A stretch of DNA of 64,000 nt from Solirubrobacteraceae bacterium (GTDB lineage Bacteria; Actinomycetota; Thermoleophilia; Solirubrobacterales; Solirubrobacteraceae). The position numbers were made by a program, and so were the translations under genes. How positions within the stretch are numbered: position 1 is the first letter of the stretch; each line of letters starts with the position of its first letter. The DNA lies in contig DATMLP010000009.1 in the NCBI GenBank assembly GCA_035570415.1, positions 10,644 through 74,643 on the forward strand, read 5' to 3'. Of this stretch, positions 8,969-17,134 are shown piece after piece. The notes under the pieces are model-generated. The model was given only the letters and a program-made list of their open reading frames with translations, was not told the DNA's origin and searched no databases.

Positions 8969-10081
8969 CTATTGGTGGGTGCGGAACCGAGCGCGTATTT
9001 GTGCGGCGGCGCGGAGTCGGAACACCAGCATCGTCGACTTCGCCAGGTCACCGGTCGCGGCAAGCACGGCGGTCTTGGCTGGCTCAGCGTGCGGTAGGCG
9101 GGCATCGGTGGCCGAGAGGTAGTTGGCGACCATGCCGGCCAGGATCAGCCTATGTTGCTGGCCACGTGGCAGAGCGCGCGCGTGATTTACCGATTCAGCG
9201 GCCAGGAGGCGCATTCGGGTGGCCGTCTCAGCGGGTGATTGGTAGTGCTGGACGAGGTTGTGTTGGCTGGTGGTGGTGTCTTCTGGGAGGTCGATAAGGC
9301 TGTCGAGGAGGGAGTGCAGGGCGCCGATCCACGGGAAGTAAGCGTGCTCGATCGTCGCTGCCTCCCTCGCCTGGGTGGTGGGTCGAGCGGCGCTGGCTAT
9401 CAGCGCGAAGATCCCCAGCGAGGAGCCGGCCGAGGCGGCGGTCTCCCACCAGCGCAGGCCGTTATCGGGTGGGGTTTGTCGGCCTGCCCAGTCGGCGAGC
9501 GCGTGGTAGCTCCCCTGGGCTTCGGTGAGGTTGAGGCTTTGAAAACAGACGATCCGCTCGGCTAGCCGGCCGGCCGAGCACGCCACAAGGGGGTAGGATG
9601 GCAGGCTGTCGAGAGCGCTGCGGCAAGCGCTTACGATCGCCGGCAGATAGCCGCCATCCTGCCGGTGGGCGAGGTGCTGGTAGTAGCTGGTGGATGGGCC
9701 GGCGTGCTTGAGCGCGACTTGTAGTGCGTGGTGGAGTTGGCGCGCGTTGTCGATGGGCTTGGGGTGTGGCTGCTCGGCGAGCGTATCAACGTAGTCGTAG
9801 ATTGCCTGGAACGCCAGCTGTGCTCGAATGACCATGCGGCGATGGGGTGCCGGCGCGAATGCGGCGAACGCGGCCGACCCGTCGATATTGCCACGCTTGG
9901 TCCGCTGCTCGCTGAGTGCGATCTGCCGGAGCTGGCGGTCGGGGATGATACGGGCGCGGCGGCGCCAGTGGCGCAGCTCGCTACGGACACAGGGGAAGAC
10001 GCCGAGCCAGTAACGCGCTGCGGCGCTCGTGAACGTGATCCCGGTTGCAAGCCGGCTTCTGGCGAATGTGTGCACACGCAT
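8969..10081 (-). CDS. DUF2600 / YtpB-like (tetraprenyl-beta-curcumene synthase family) protein
   Basis: 370 aa. The family resemblance rests on FPWIGALHSLLDSLIDLPEDTTTSQHNLVQHY and the helical N-terminal RYW..VFP..R.EL..W region. ATG start at 10081, 30 nt downstream of the FtsX permease stop. Confidence 0.55.
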   Translation of the reverse strand: MRVHTFARSRLATGITFTSAAARYWLGVFPCVRSELRHWRRRARIIPDRQLRQIALSEQRTKRGNIDGSAAFAAFAPAPHRRMVIRAQLAFQAIYDYVDTLAEQPHPKPIDNARQLHHALQVALKHAGPSTSYYQHLAHRQDGGYLPAIVSACRSALDSLPSYPLVACSAGRLAERIVCFQSLNLTEAQGSYHALADWAGRQTPPDNGLRWWETAASAGSSLGIFALIASAARPTTQAREAATIEHAYFPWIGALHSLLDSLIDLPEDTTTSQHNLVQHYQSPAETATRMRLLAAESVNHARALPRGQQHRLILAGMVANYLSATDARLPHAEPAKTAVLAATGDLAKSTMLVFRLRAAAQIRARFRTHQ

Positions 10082-10111
10082 AGCGTCGCGTGTGAGCCGT
10101 GGCGTCTTTTC

Positions 10112-12700
10112 TCATTCCTGGAAGCCGACCCGTGGATGCACGCGCGCCGCGAAACGACCGGGCAGCGCGATAACGAGCAGGGTGATCGCGCTGACCACTG
10201 CGATGGCGAGAAGCACCTGAAGGACACCGAAGGAGAAAGGAGCCGGGAAGCCTGTTGTCAGCTTCATCCAGCGGCTGGCGAGCGCGTGTCCGTAGAGGCC
10301 GAGCAGCGCGCCGTCGACGCAGCCGATGGCGACTGAGATCGCGCACTCCAGTTGAAGTGCGCGCCACAGCTGGCGGTCGTCGAAGCCGCTGATCTTCTGC
10401 GCCGCAAGCCGCGCGCGGCGCTGCCAGATCGTCGCGCTGAGCACCGCCGCGACCGCGAGCGCCGCCGTGACCAGCAGCAGCGTAGATATCTCCCCGAGCG
10501 GTTTCAGTCCTTCGTTAGCGCTGCCCTCAAAGCGTGCCTGTCGTTCCGGGAGCGTCTCAACCTCCAGCCCTGGCCGGCCGCCGAGCGCCTGTTCCACCAC
10601 GCGTCTGCCCTGTTCTGGGCTGACACCGGGCTTCAGGCTTACCTCCAGTGCTGTCGGATTACTCGTCTGCCAGTAGTGGCGGTAGTCATTCGTGTTAATC
10701 GTTACGGCGCCGGGCGACCATCCGGTGTTGGTGGTGATCGCCGCCACACGGAAGTGCGCGACACCGGATGGTGTCGGCAGGAGGAACGTCCCACCGAGAT
10801 GCACATGCTGTTCGTCGGCTAGGGCGCCTGAGATGGCGGCCCAGCCACCGCGCCGCAGCTGCGCGGTGGCGCGCGTGAGGTCGCCGTGCAAAAGCTGGGT
10901 GGCCTGGATCATCCTCGGATCGTCGGGGGGACGGGCGCGAATCCACACTCGGCGTGATCCGATGTCAAGGACACCGCCTTGGTAGGTGCGTACCGAGGCG
11001 ACTCCAGGCGCGCGAGCGATCGCCGCGCTGGTACCGGCATCCTTGAAGCTTTCGGTGGTCAGGAAGTTGTCACCTGTGGAGACCCACACCTGTGCGGTGT
11101 CGAGGTATTCGACCACCGCGTCATTGAGGCCAGTCGCGAGATCGTGTCGGGCGCCTTGGATCGCGACGCTCCCGTACACCGCGAGCGCGGTTACGCCGAT
11201 CAGGGCGACCTGGCGTGCGGCCATCGAGTTCAGTTCAAGAACGGCGAGCGGGAGCATGCTGCCTCGCGTGTGCCGGCCCAGCCGCTTCAGGTACCGCGTG
11301 AGCAGCACAAACACGACCGGGATCAACAGCACCGCCGCCAGCGCCAGCATGATCCCACCAAAGACCGTCAGGGCGGGAACCGCGAAAACGAGGCCAGTCA
11401 CCCCGGCCACGATCACGAGCCCTGCCACCGCCAGCCCTCGCACCAGACGCGCGCCGATGCGCTGGCCGGCGTCACTCGGCGCGCGCAGCGCAGCGTCGAT
11501 CGGCCGCCCCCGCCGCAGGTCAAGCAACGGCGGCAGCGAGGCCACCAGTGCCGCCAGCACGCCGCCGCCGAACGCCACGAATGCGGTCAGCGGCTGGATC
11601 GTCTCATGCAGTGTGATCGGGAAAGCGACAGCCAGGTAGACCGGCGTCTGGTGAAACAGCGTGTGCGCCAGCAGATCGCCGAGGAGGAGACCGGCCAGCG
11701 AGGCGAGTACCCCTAGCAGGAGTGCCTGGAAGGCGAGCACCACTACGATCTGCTTTGAGTCGTAGCCGAGGAGGCACATCTCGGCCAAGAAGCGCCGGCG
11801 CTCGGGGACGGTCAGCAGCATGGCGTTGATCGCGAGCAGCAGCCCCACCATGACGCTGATCGCCGCGAACAACGCGGTTGATTGGCTGAGCGGCTTGGCG
11901 GTCGCTTCCAACACCCGCAGTTCGTTCTCAGCCGGCTCGACACTCACCCTGCCGGCGGCGAGCTTGCGCAGCTCGCGGACGACCTGCTGTTCATGTCCCG
12001 GGTAGGGCTCGATCAAGACCTGCGTGACGCGCCCTGGCTCTTCGGTGAGGCGTTGCGCGACAGGCAGCAGCGCAACCGCTACCGGGCTTTCAGCGACCGA
12101 GCCGATCGCACCGCTGTTGAGCACCGCTCGCACACCGATCGAGTGTGCCGCGCCTTTGCTGAGCAACGTGACCTGTTCGCCCTGTTGCGCGCCGATCGTT
12201 TCGGCGACCCCGGACGGCAGGCCGACGCCTCCGATGAGCAGCAGAGCGCCTGCACCGAGATTTCTCGTGGCGGTGCCGCGCAATGCCACGATCCCGCCCG
12301 TCACGCCTACGAACTGGATCGATTGGCGGCCATGCGGCCCAACGATCACAGCGGGCTCGCGCAGCAAAAACGCGGCGTTGGCAACGCCGGGCAACGCACC
12401 GGCCTGGCGGGCAAGCTGTTCGCTGAAACCTTCCTGGGAGCGAGCCTGAAGCTGCAAGCTGGCACGGCCGTTCACGGCTCGGATCAGGTTGGCTGTTGAG
12501 CCGGTCAAGCTCATGTTGGCGACCAGCACCCCGAAGACGAGCGCGACGCCCACGGCAATGCCGGCGCCGGCAAGCAGCTCCGCGACCAGTTGCCGGCGCA
12601 AACGCGCGCGGTAGAGATCGCGCAGCACACTCACACGCACACCCATCACCCGTGGGTTCAGCGGATGGCGCGGCAGCTTACGAGCGCGAACCTCACTCAC
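10112..12700 (-). CDS. ABC transporter permease, FtsX/MacB-like (two FtsX domains)
   Basis: 862 aa with a GTG start. It has an N-terminal TM helix followed by a large extracytoplasmic domain. It also has two blocks of 3-4 TM helices, typical of duplicated FtsX-type permeases, and lies immediately downstream of two ABC ATPase genes. Confidence 0.8.
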   Translation of the reverse strand: MSEVRARKLPRHPLNPRVMGVRVSVLRDLYRARLRRQLVAELLAGAGIAVGVALVFGVLVANMSLTGSTANLIRAVNGRASLQLQARSQEGFSEQLARQAGALPGVANAAFLLREPAVIVGPHGRQSIQFVGVTGGIVALRGTATRNLGAGALLLIGGVGLPSGVAETIGAQQGEQVTLLSKGAAHSIGVRAVLNSGAIGSVAESPVAVALLPVAQRLTEEPGRVTQVLIEPYPGHEQQVVRELRKLAAGRVSVEPAENELRVLEATAKPLSQSTALFAAISVMVGLLLAINAMLLTVPERRRFLAEMCLLGYDSKQIVVVLAFQALLLGVLASLAGLLLGDLLAHTLFHQTPVYLAVAFPITLHETIQPLTAFVAFGGGVLAALVASLPPLLDLRRGRPIDAALRAPSDAGQRIGARLVRGLAVAGLVIVAGVTGLVFAVPALTVFGGIMLALAAVLLIPVVFVLLTRYLKRLGRHTRGSMLPLAVLELNSMAARQVALIGVTALAVYGSVAIQGARHDLATGLNDAVVEYLDTAQVWVSTGDNFLTTESFKDAGTSAAIARAPGVASVRTYQGGVLDIGSRRVWIRARPPDDPRMIQATQLLHGDLTRATAQLRRGGWAAISGALADEQHVHLGGTFLLPTPSGVAHFRVAAITTNTGWSPGAVTINTNDYRHYWQTSNPTALEVSLKPGVSPEQGRRVVEQALGGRPGLEVETLPERQARFEGSANEGLKPLGEISTLLLVTAALAVAAVLSATIWQRRARLAAQKISGFDDRQLWRALQLECAISVAIGCVDGALLGLYGHALASRWMKLTTGFPAPFSFGVLQVLLAIAVVSAITLLVIALPGRFAARVHPRVGFQE

Positions 12701-12703
12701 AGC

Positions 12704-13414
12704 TCATGCCCCGATGACGGCCGCCAGCTCAACGTCCAACCCGTCACTGAGCTGGCCATCACGAAGCGTGTACACACGATCGACAAACGCCGTGGCCTGC
12801 GGATCATGCGTCACCAGCAGCGCCGGCAGCTCCCGTTCGCGCGAGACCTCCCTGAGCAGCCCGAGGATCTCGCGGCTGCGCTTGGAGTCAAGATTGCCGG
12901 TCGGCTCATCGGTGAGCAGCAGCCGCGGCTCGTTGACCAGCGAGCGGGCGATTGCTACCCGCTGGCGCTCACCCATCGACAAAAGATCGGGGGTATGCGA
13001 GAGGCGCTCGGCCAGCCCGACCCGCTCAAGCCACGGCCGCGCCAGGCCACACGCCTCCTCCATCGTGTAGCCGTCAGCGAGGAGCTTCAGCGCCGCGTTC
13101 TCAAGCGCACTCGCGCCCGGCATCAGATGAAACGACTGGAACACGAAACCGACCTCGCGCCGGCGGTAGCGCGCGCTCTCGGCCGGGCTACGCCCGCCGA
13201 TGTCCTTGCCGTCAAAAAGGATTTCCCCAGCGTCGGGGGCCAACAGCCCGGCCACCATCAGCAGCAGCGTCGTCTTTCCCGATCCGCTCGGCCCGTACAG
13301 TGCCACGAACTCCCCCGGACAGACCGTCAACGAGACACCGTCGACCGCACGCACAATCTCCCCGTCGCCGCACCGATAGTGCTTGACGACCTCGCGCAAC
13401 TCCAGCGCGCTCAT
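12704..13414 (-). CDS. ABC transporter ATP-binding protein (canonical motifs)
   Basis: Walker A GPSGSGKTTLL, signature LSMGERQRVAIARSL, Walker B LLLTDEPTGNLD. LolD/MacB-type NBD. ATGA overlap with the upstream gene. Confidence 0.9.
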   Translation of the reverse strand: MSALELREVVKHYRCGDGEIVRAVDGVSLTVCPGEFVALYGPSGSGKTTLLLMVAGLLAPDAGEILFDGKDIGGRSPAESARYRRREVGFVFQSFHLMPGASALENAALKLLADGYTMEEACGLARPWLERVGLAERLSHTPDLLSMGERQRVAIARSLVNEPRLLLTDEPTGNLDSKRSREILGLLREVSRERELPALLVTHDPQATAFVDRVYTLRDGQLSDGLDVELAAVIGA

Positions 13415-14145
13415 GACGCCCGAGCGCTGCCGCGACCGCGCCGCTCCGGGAACGGCACAACGCGTTTGCGGGAATCGGTCGTATGCAGCTGCCCGTCGCT
13501 GAGCGACATCGCACGATCGACACCCCGCAGCGGCGTGACATCTTCGGAGGCGATCACAAGCGCCAGCTTCAACTCCCTCGCCACCTCGCGCAACAACACA
13601 TTCAGCTCCCGGCTTGCCTTCGGGTTGACGAGCACCGCCGGCTCATCCACCAGCAACAGCTGCGGCCCACGGATCAACGCCTGCGCCAGCTCGACCCGCA
13701 GACGTTCATTCATCGACAGCCGGTCGGTCGCGAGATGCGCCCACTTGAGCGCACCGACCCGCTCGAGTACCGGACCCGCCATCACTTCCGCCTCAGCGAG
13801 CGTCACCCCACCGGCCGTCAGCGGCAACGCCACGTACTCGCGCACCGCCTGATCGCTGCTCGTCGGCCGCCACTCCCCACGCACGAGCGCAACTCCGTCC
13901 CGGCGCCACAGCCGCCCCCGCGGCAGCCTCTCGATGTCCTGGCCCTCGAAGCAGACAGATCCCGAGTCGGGCGTCTCGATGCCCGCCATGACTCGCAACA
14001 GCGTGCTCTTGCCGGATCGCCGCTCGCCGTGGATACCGACCACATCGCCATGTCCGATCTCCACCGTGACGCCGTCGAGGACCACGACTTCCTTGGCCCC
14101 ATCCTGAAGACCCTTGCTGACCGTCTGCAGCTCCAGCAGCGTCAC
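13411..14145 (-). CDS. ABC transporter ATP-binding protein with degenerate motifs
   Basis: Walker A-like GERRSGKSTLL, degenerate signature LSMNERLRVELAQAL, Walker B LLLVDEP. The ORF track starts it at 14190. I prefer the GTG at 14145 because it forms a GTGA overlap with the PadR stop. Confidence 0.75.
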   Translation of the reverse strand: MTLLELQTVSKGLQDGAKEVVVLDGVTVEIGHGDVVGIHGERRSGKSTLLRVMAGIETPDSGSVCFEGQDIERLPRGRLWRRDGVALVRGEWRPTSSDQAVREYVALPLTAGGVTLAEAEVMAGPVLERVGALKWAHLATDRLSMNERLRVELAQALIRGPQLLLVDEPAVLVNPKASRELNVLLREVARELKLALVIASEDVTPLRGVDRAMSLSDGQLHTTDSRKRVVPFPERRGRGSARAS

Positions 14146-14723
14146 TGAGCGAGAAACTCCTTGACCTCGCGACGAGCGCGCGTAATCCATCTCAACTCGG
14201 CGTTCAACTCCTCAGCCGTCCCGTACCGCAGCACGTTGATTGCCCGGTCCTCCCAGCCGCGCGGCTCACTCCCCGGCTCCTCAAGGCTCTCAAGCATCTC
14301 CAGACAGCCCAGTTCGTACTCCTCCAGCTTGCGCAGCACCTCGGGCGCATCGCGCGGGCGCGCGAACGCCACCCACGTACGGATATCCGAGCGCATCTCC
14401 TCAAGCGAGGGACACTCACCGATCCACGCACTCCGCAGCTCCTCAGCCCGCGGGGTCGGCCAGTACACCCGCCGCTCACGCCCACGCTTGCCCGGCCCCT
14501 TCCTGTAATCCGACCACACCAAGCCGTCCGCTTCAAACTCTTCCAGCGTCGCATAGACACGATTTCGCGTGATCTCCCCCCACTCCGGCCGCGTCCGATT
14601 GATGCGGGAAGTCATGTCGTAGCCATACCCCTCCTCATGCTGAAGCAACGCAGCCAACACCGCCGTCCGCAACGGCGTCCGCTCACGCGACCTGGACTCC
14701 TCACTCGGCTTCCTTTGGGGCAT
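14142..14723 (-). CDS. PadR-family transcriptional regulator
   Basis: LRTAVLAALLQHEEGYGYDMTSRINR...RNRVYATLEEFEADGLVWSDYRK...GRERRVYWPT is the PadR wHTH pattern. ATG start. First gene of the ABC operon. Confidence 0.8.
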   Translation of the reverse strand: MPQRKPSEESRSRERTPLRTAVLAALLQHEEGYGYDMTSRINRTRPEWGEITRNRVYATLEEFEADGLVWSDYRKGPGKRGRERRVYWPTPRAEELRSAWIGECPSLEEMRSDIRTWVAFARPRDAPEVLRKLEEYELGCLEMLESLEEPGSEPRGWEDRAINVLRYGTAEELNAELRWITRARREVKEFLAQ

Positions 14724-14973
14724 CGTACGTAGTCGGGCTGCTTGAACCGATCCGGCCCGCGAAGCCTACACCACACCACCCTCTCTCACCCCCAGCCATT
14801 CTCGCAAACGAACCGCTCCGACGAAGCCGAACAACACGCCATCGGCCTGGACGCGCTTCGTGGCCGCGAGCCACGCGGTCGGAGACGCGACAGCACGCGC
14901 AACTTCGATGCTGTAGCGTTGTTCCACAAGTCCGACGAGCACCACAAAAAAGCGACCACCGAGCCAAACGGCC

Positions 14974-15450
14974 ATGACAAGCGATTCCTGTGCCAGGCGC
15001 TTGAGCGCCGCTACCACGCTCGCGGCGATCCTCGCGCTGGCTGCGCTCTCAGCCGCCTACGCCGCGGACCCTCAGCCCGCTGCGCGTTCAGCGGCCACGC
15101 AGAACGTCAAAGACGAAGCGCACCTGCACCTCACCCACACCAACGGCTCGCTCCTGATCGAGGAAGGACAAGCCACCGGCCAGATCCCCGGCAAAATCAA
15201 GGCCAGCTTCGAAATCGAAGCCAACGTCACATCGAGCTTCACGATCTACGCCCGTGGCGGCTCGCTCAGCGGGCGCGGCAAAGGCCGCCTACACACGACC
15301 GGTCCCAACTCAAGCTTCGGTGGCACCCTCAAAATCACCGGCGGCACCGGCCGCTACAAGCACGCCCACGGCACCGGCGGATTCTACGGCGTCATCAACC
15401 GCAAAACTTACGCCGTAACCGTCCAAACCACCGGCCGACTCGCCGACTGA
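14974..15450 (+). CDS. Secreted hypothetical protein
   Basis: 158 aa. Signal-peptide-like N-terminus (AATTLAAILALAALSAAYAADP). Beta-rich body with no family recognised. The codon third position is GC-rich, as in neighbouring genes. Confidence 0.55.
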   Translation: MTSDSCARRLSAATTLAAILALAALSAAYAADPQPAARSAATQNVKDEAHLHLTHTNGSLLIEEGQATGQIPGKIKASFEIEANVTSSFTIYARGGSLSGRGKGRLHTTGPNSSFGGTLKITGGTGRYKHAHGTGGFYGVINRKTYAVTVQTTGRLAD

Positions 15451-15451
15451 T

Positions 15452-16462
15452 ATGCACCCGGATCCGAAGGGCCGGGCCGCACCGATCTTGCTCGCCTGTC
15501 TGCTCTGCCTGCTGCCCGCCGCCGCGCACGCCGCGCCGACGGTCACGCTCCATGCCGGCCTGCACCCCGAGCACCTCGGCAAAGGAACCACGATCAAGTT
15601 CGCGTTCTCGATCGCCTACAGCGCAAAACAACCGAGCCCGCTCACGGACATGGAACTGCGCTACCCGGCTCACCTCGGGATCGCTACCAGCGGACTCGGC
15701 CTGAGCACCTGCCGCGCCGCCCTACTCGAAGCCAGCGGGCCATCCGGCTGCCCATCCAGCTCCCTCATGGGCTACGGCTCCGGGCTCGCCGAGGTGCCCT
15801 TCGGCGGCAGCCTCATACACGAGGCAGTCCACCTAACTACCTTCATGGCGCCCCTGCACGCCGGCCACCTCGGACTCCTCTTCTACGCAATCGCACCCGG
15901 CCCAATCGCAGCAGAAATCATCCTCCACGGCCTCGTACTCCCGGCACCAAAACCATTCGGCGGGGACCTCGCCACCCCCATCCCACTCGTACCCACAATG
16001 CCCGGAGCGCCCGACGCCGCGCTGGCCAAGTTCTCAACCACACTCGGCCCCGAACACATCACCTACTGGGAATACAACCAAGGCAGCTACATCCCCTACC
16101 ACCCCCGCGGCATCCGACTCCCCCGATCATGCCCCCACGGCGGCTTCCAGTTCGCCGCCACCTTCACATTCCAGAACAACACCCACGCCACCGCCCACGC
16201 CGCCGTGCCCTGCCCCCGCAGCAACGCCGCAGGGTCGGCTCGGAACCACCGCGTCAATCGCGTGGTGCCAGCCGCCCGTCGCGCGCGGCATCCATCCGGC
16301 CGTCCGGCGAATGTCCCGCAACAAGCGGCATCGAAGCCGGCCGACCCACCGACCTGTTGGCCGAATAGGGTGAGGCGCCGTGCCCCATGTGGTCGTGGAG
16401 AACTTGCGCAGCGCTGTGTATGCGAGCTACGAGGAGCTCTCAGCACAGGTGCAGGCCGATAG
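15452..16462 (+). CDS. Secreted hypothetical protein (3' end uncertain)
   Basis: Its ATG lies 1 nt after the upstream stop. Signal peptide APILLACLLCLLPAAAHAAP. The body is plausible up to about 16200. The last ~85 codons are Arg-rich, look off-frame and overlap the next ORF by 83 nt, so the true C-terminus may be earlier or there may be a frameshift. Confidence 0.5.
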   Translation: MHPDPKGRAAPILLACLLCLLPAAAHAAPTVTLHAGLHPEHLGKGTTIKFAFSIAYSAKQPSPLTDMELRYPAHLGIATSGLGLSTCRAALLEASGPSGCPSSSLMGYGSGLAEVPFGGSLIHEAVHLTTFMAPLHAGHLGLLFYAIAPGPIAAEIILHGLVLPAPKPFGGDLATPIPLVPTMPGAPDAALAKFSTTLGPEHITYWEYNQGSYIPYHPRGIRLPRSCPHGGFQFAATFTFQNNTHATAHAAVPCPRSNAAGSARNHRVNRVVPAARRARHPSGRPANVPQQAASKPADPPTCWPNRVRRRAPCGRGELAQRCVCELRGALSTGAGR

Positions 16463-16832
16463 CGCGCTCGACTCCAAGCTTCTCGGCCTGCTTGGCTTCT
16501 TCGCCGTAGCGGGAAGCCTCTTGCTGACTCTTCCCCACGGTCTGCGCGACAGTCGCGTGCTGCTGCTCGTCGGCGTAGGGCTCGGTGCGCTCGCCTGTCT
16601 CGTGGGGAGCATGGGAGGCTCAAGCCCGAACGTCGGGCCACGACCAGAGGTGTTCTATGCCGACTACGGTGCCAGCACCGAGATCGACTATCTGACCCAG
16701 CTCCTCGGCGACCTCACGGGCGCAGCGAAGCTCAACCGGGAAGGGCTCGAACGGCGCGGTAGGGCATTCGCGTTTGCCGTTCGAGTGCCGATCCTCTTCG
16801 CCGTGATCTACGGTTTGGTGTCGCTGTTCTGA
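16380..16832 (+). CDS. Hypothetical membrane protein
   Basis: 150 aa with hydrophobic helices (LLGLLGFFAVAGSLLLTL, VLLLVGVGLGALACLVGSMG, VPILFAVIYGLVSLF). GTG start. No family recognised. Confidence 0.45.
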   Translation: MPHVVVENLRSAVYASYEELSAQVQADSALDSKLLGLLGFFAVAGSLLLTLPHGLRDSRVLLLVGVGLGALACLVGSMGGSSPNVGPRPEVFYADYGASTEIDYLTQLLGDLTGAAKLNREGLERRGRAFAFAVRVPILFAVIYGLVSLF

Positions 16833-17134
16833 CAGTGGCTAGAATGATGAGCATGGAGAAGCAACCGACAGCACCCCTGCCCCCGCCCTCCGGGGTTCCC
16901 CTGGTCAAGATCCCCACCGGGCCGTCACTCGACGGGCTGTGGCGTTGGTTCCACCGCAACGGCGGATCGCGCGCCGCGTCCTCCGCATCGCCTCCGCCTC
17001 CCGCGCCGGCAACGCGAGACTGATTCGTTCCACTGCCCGGGCCGTCGCTGGTGTTCTGGCCAGTGAGGAACTGCGCTGGAAGGCGCTCTGCCCCGCGTGG
17101 GTCGTCCAACAGGCGCACCGGAGTCGATTCACCC

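Noticed and set aside
16835-17134. 62-aa ORF (16835..17023) and other small ORFs in the convergent gap before the hydrolase gene
   Set aside because: Pro/Ser-rich, no motif, no convincing RBS. This could be a real small protein but I cannot support it.
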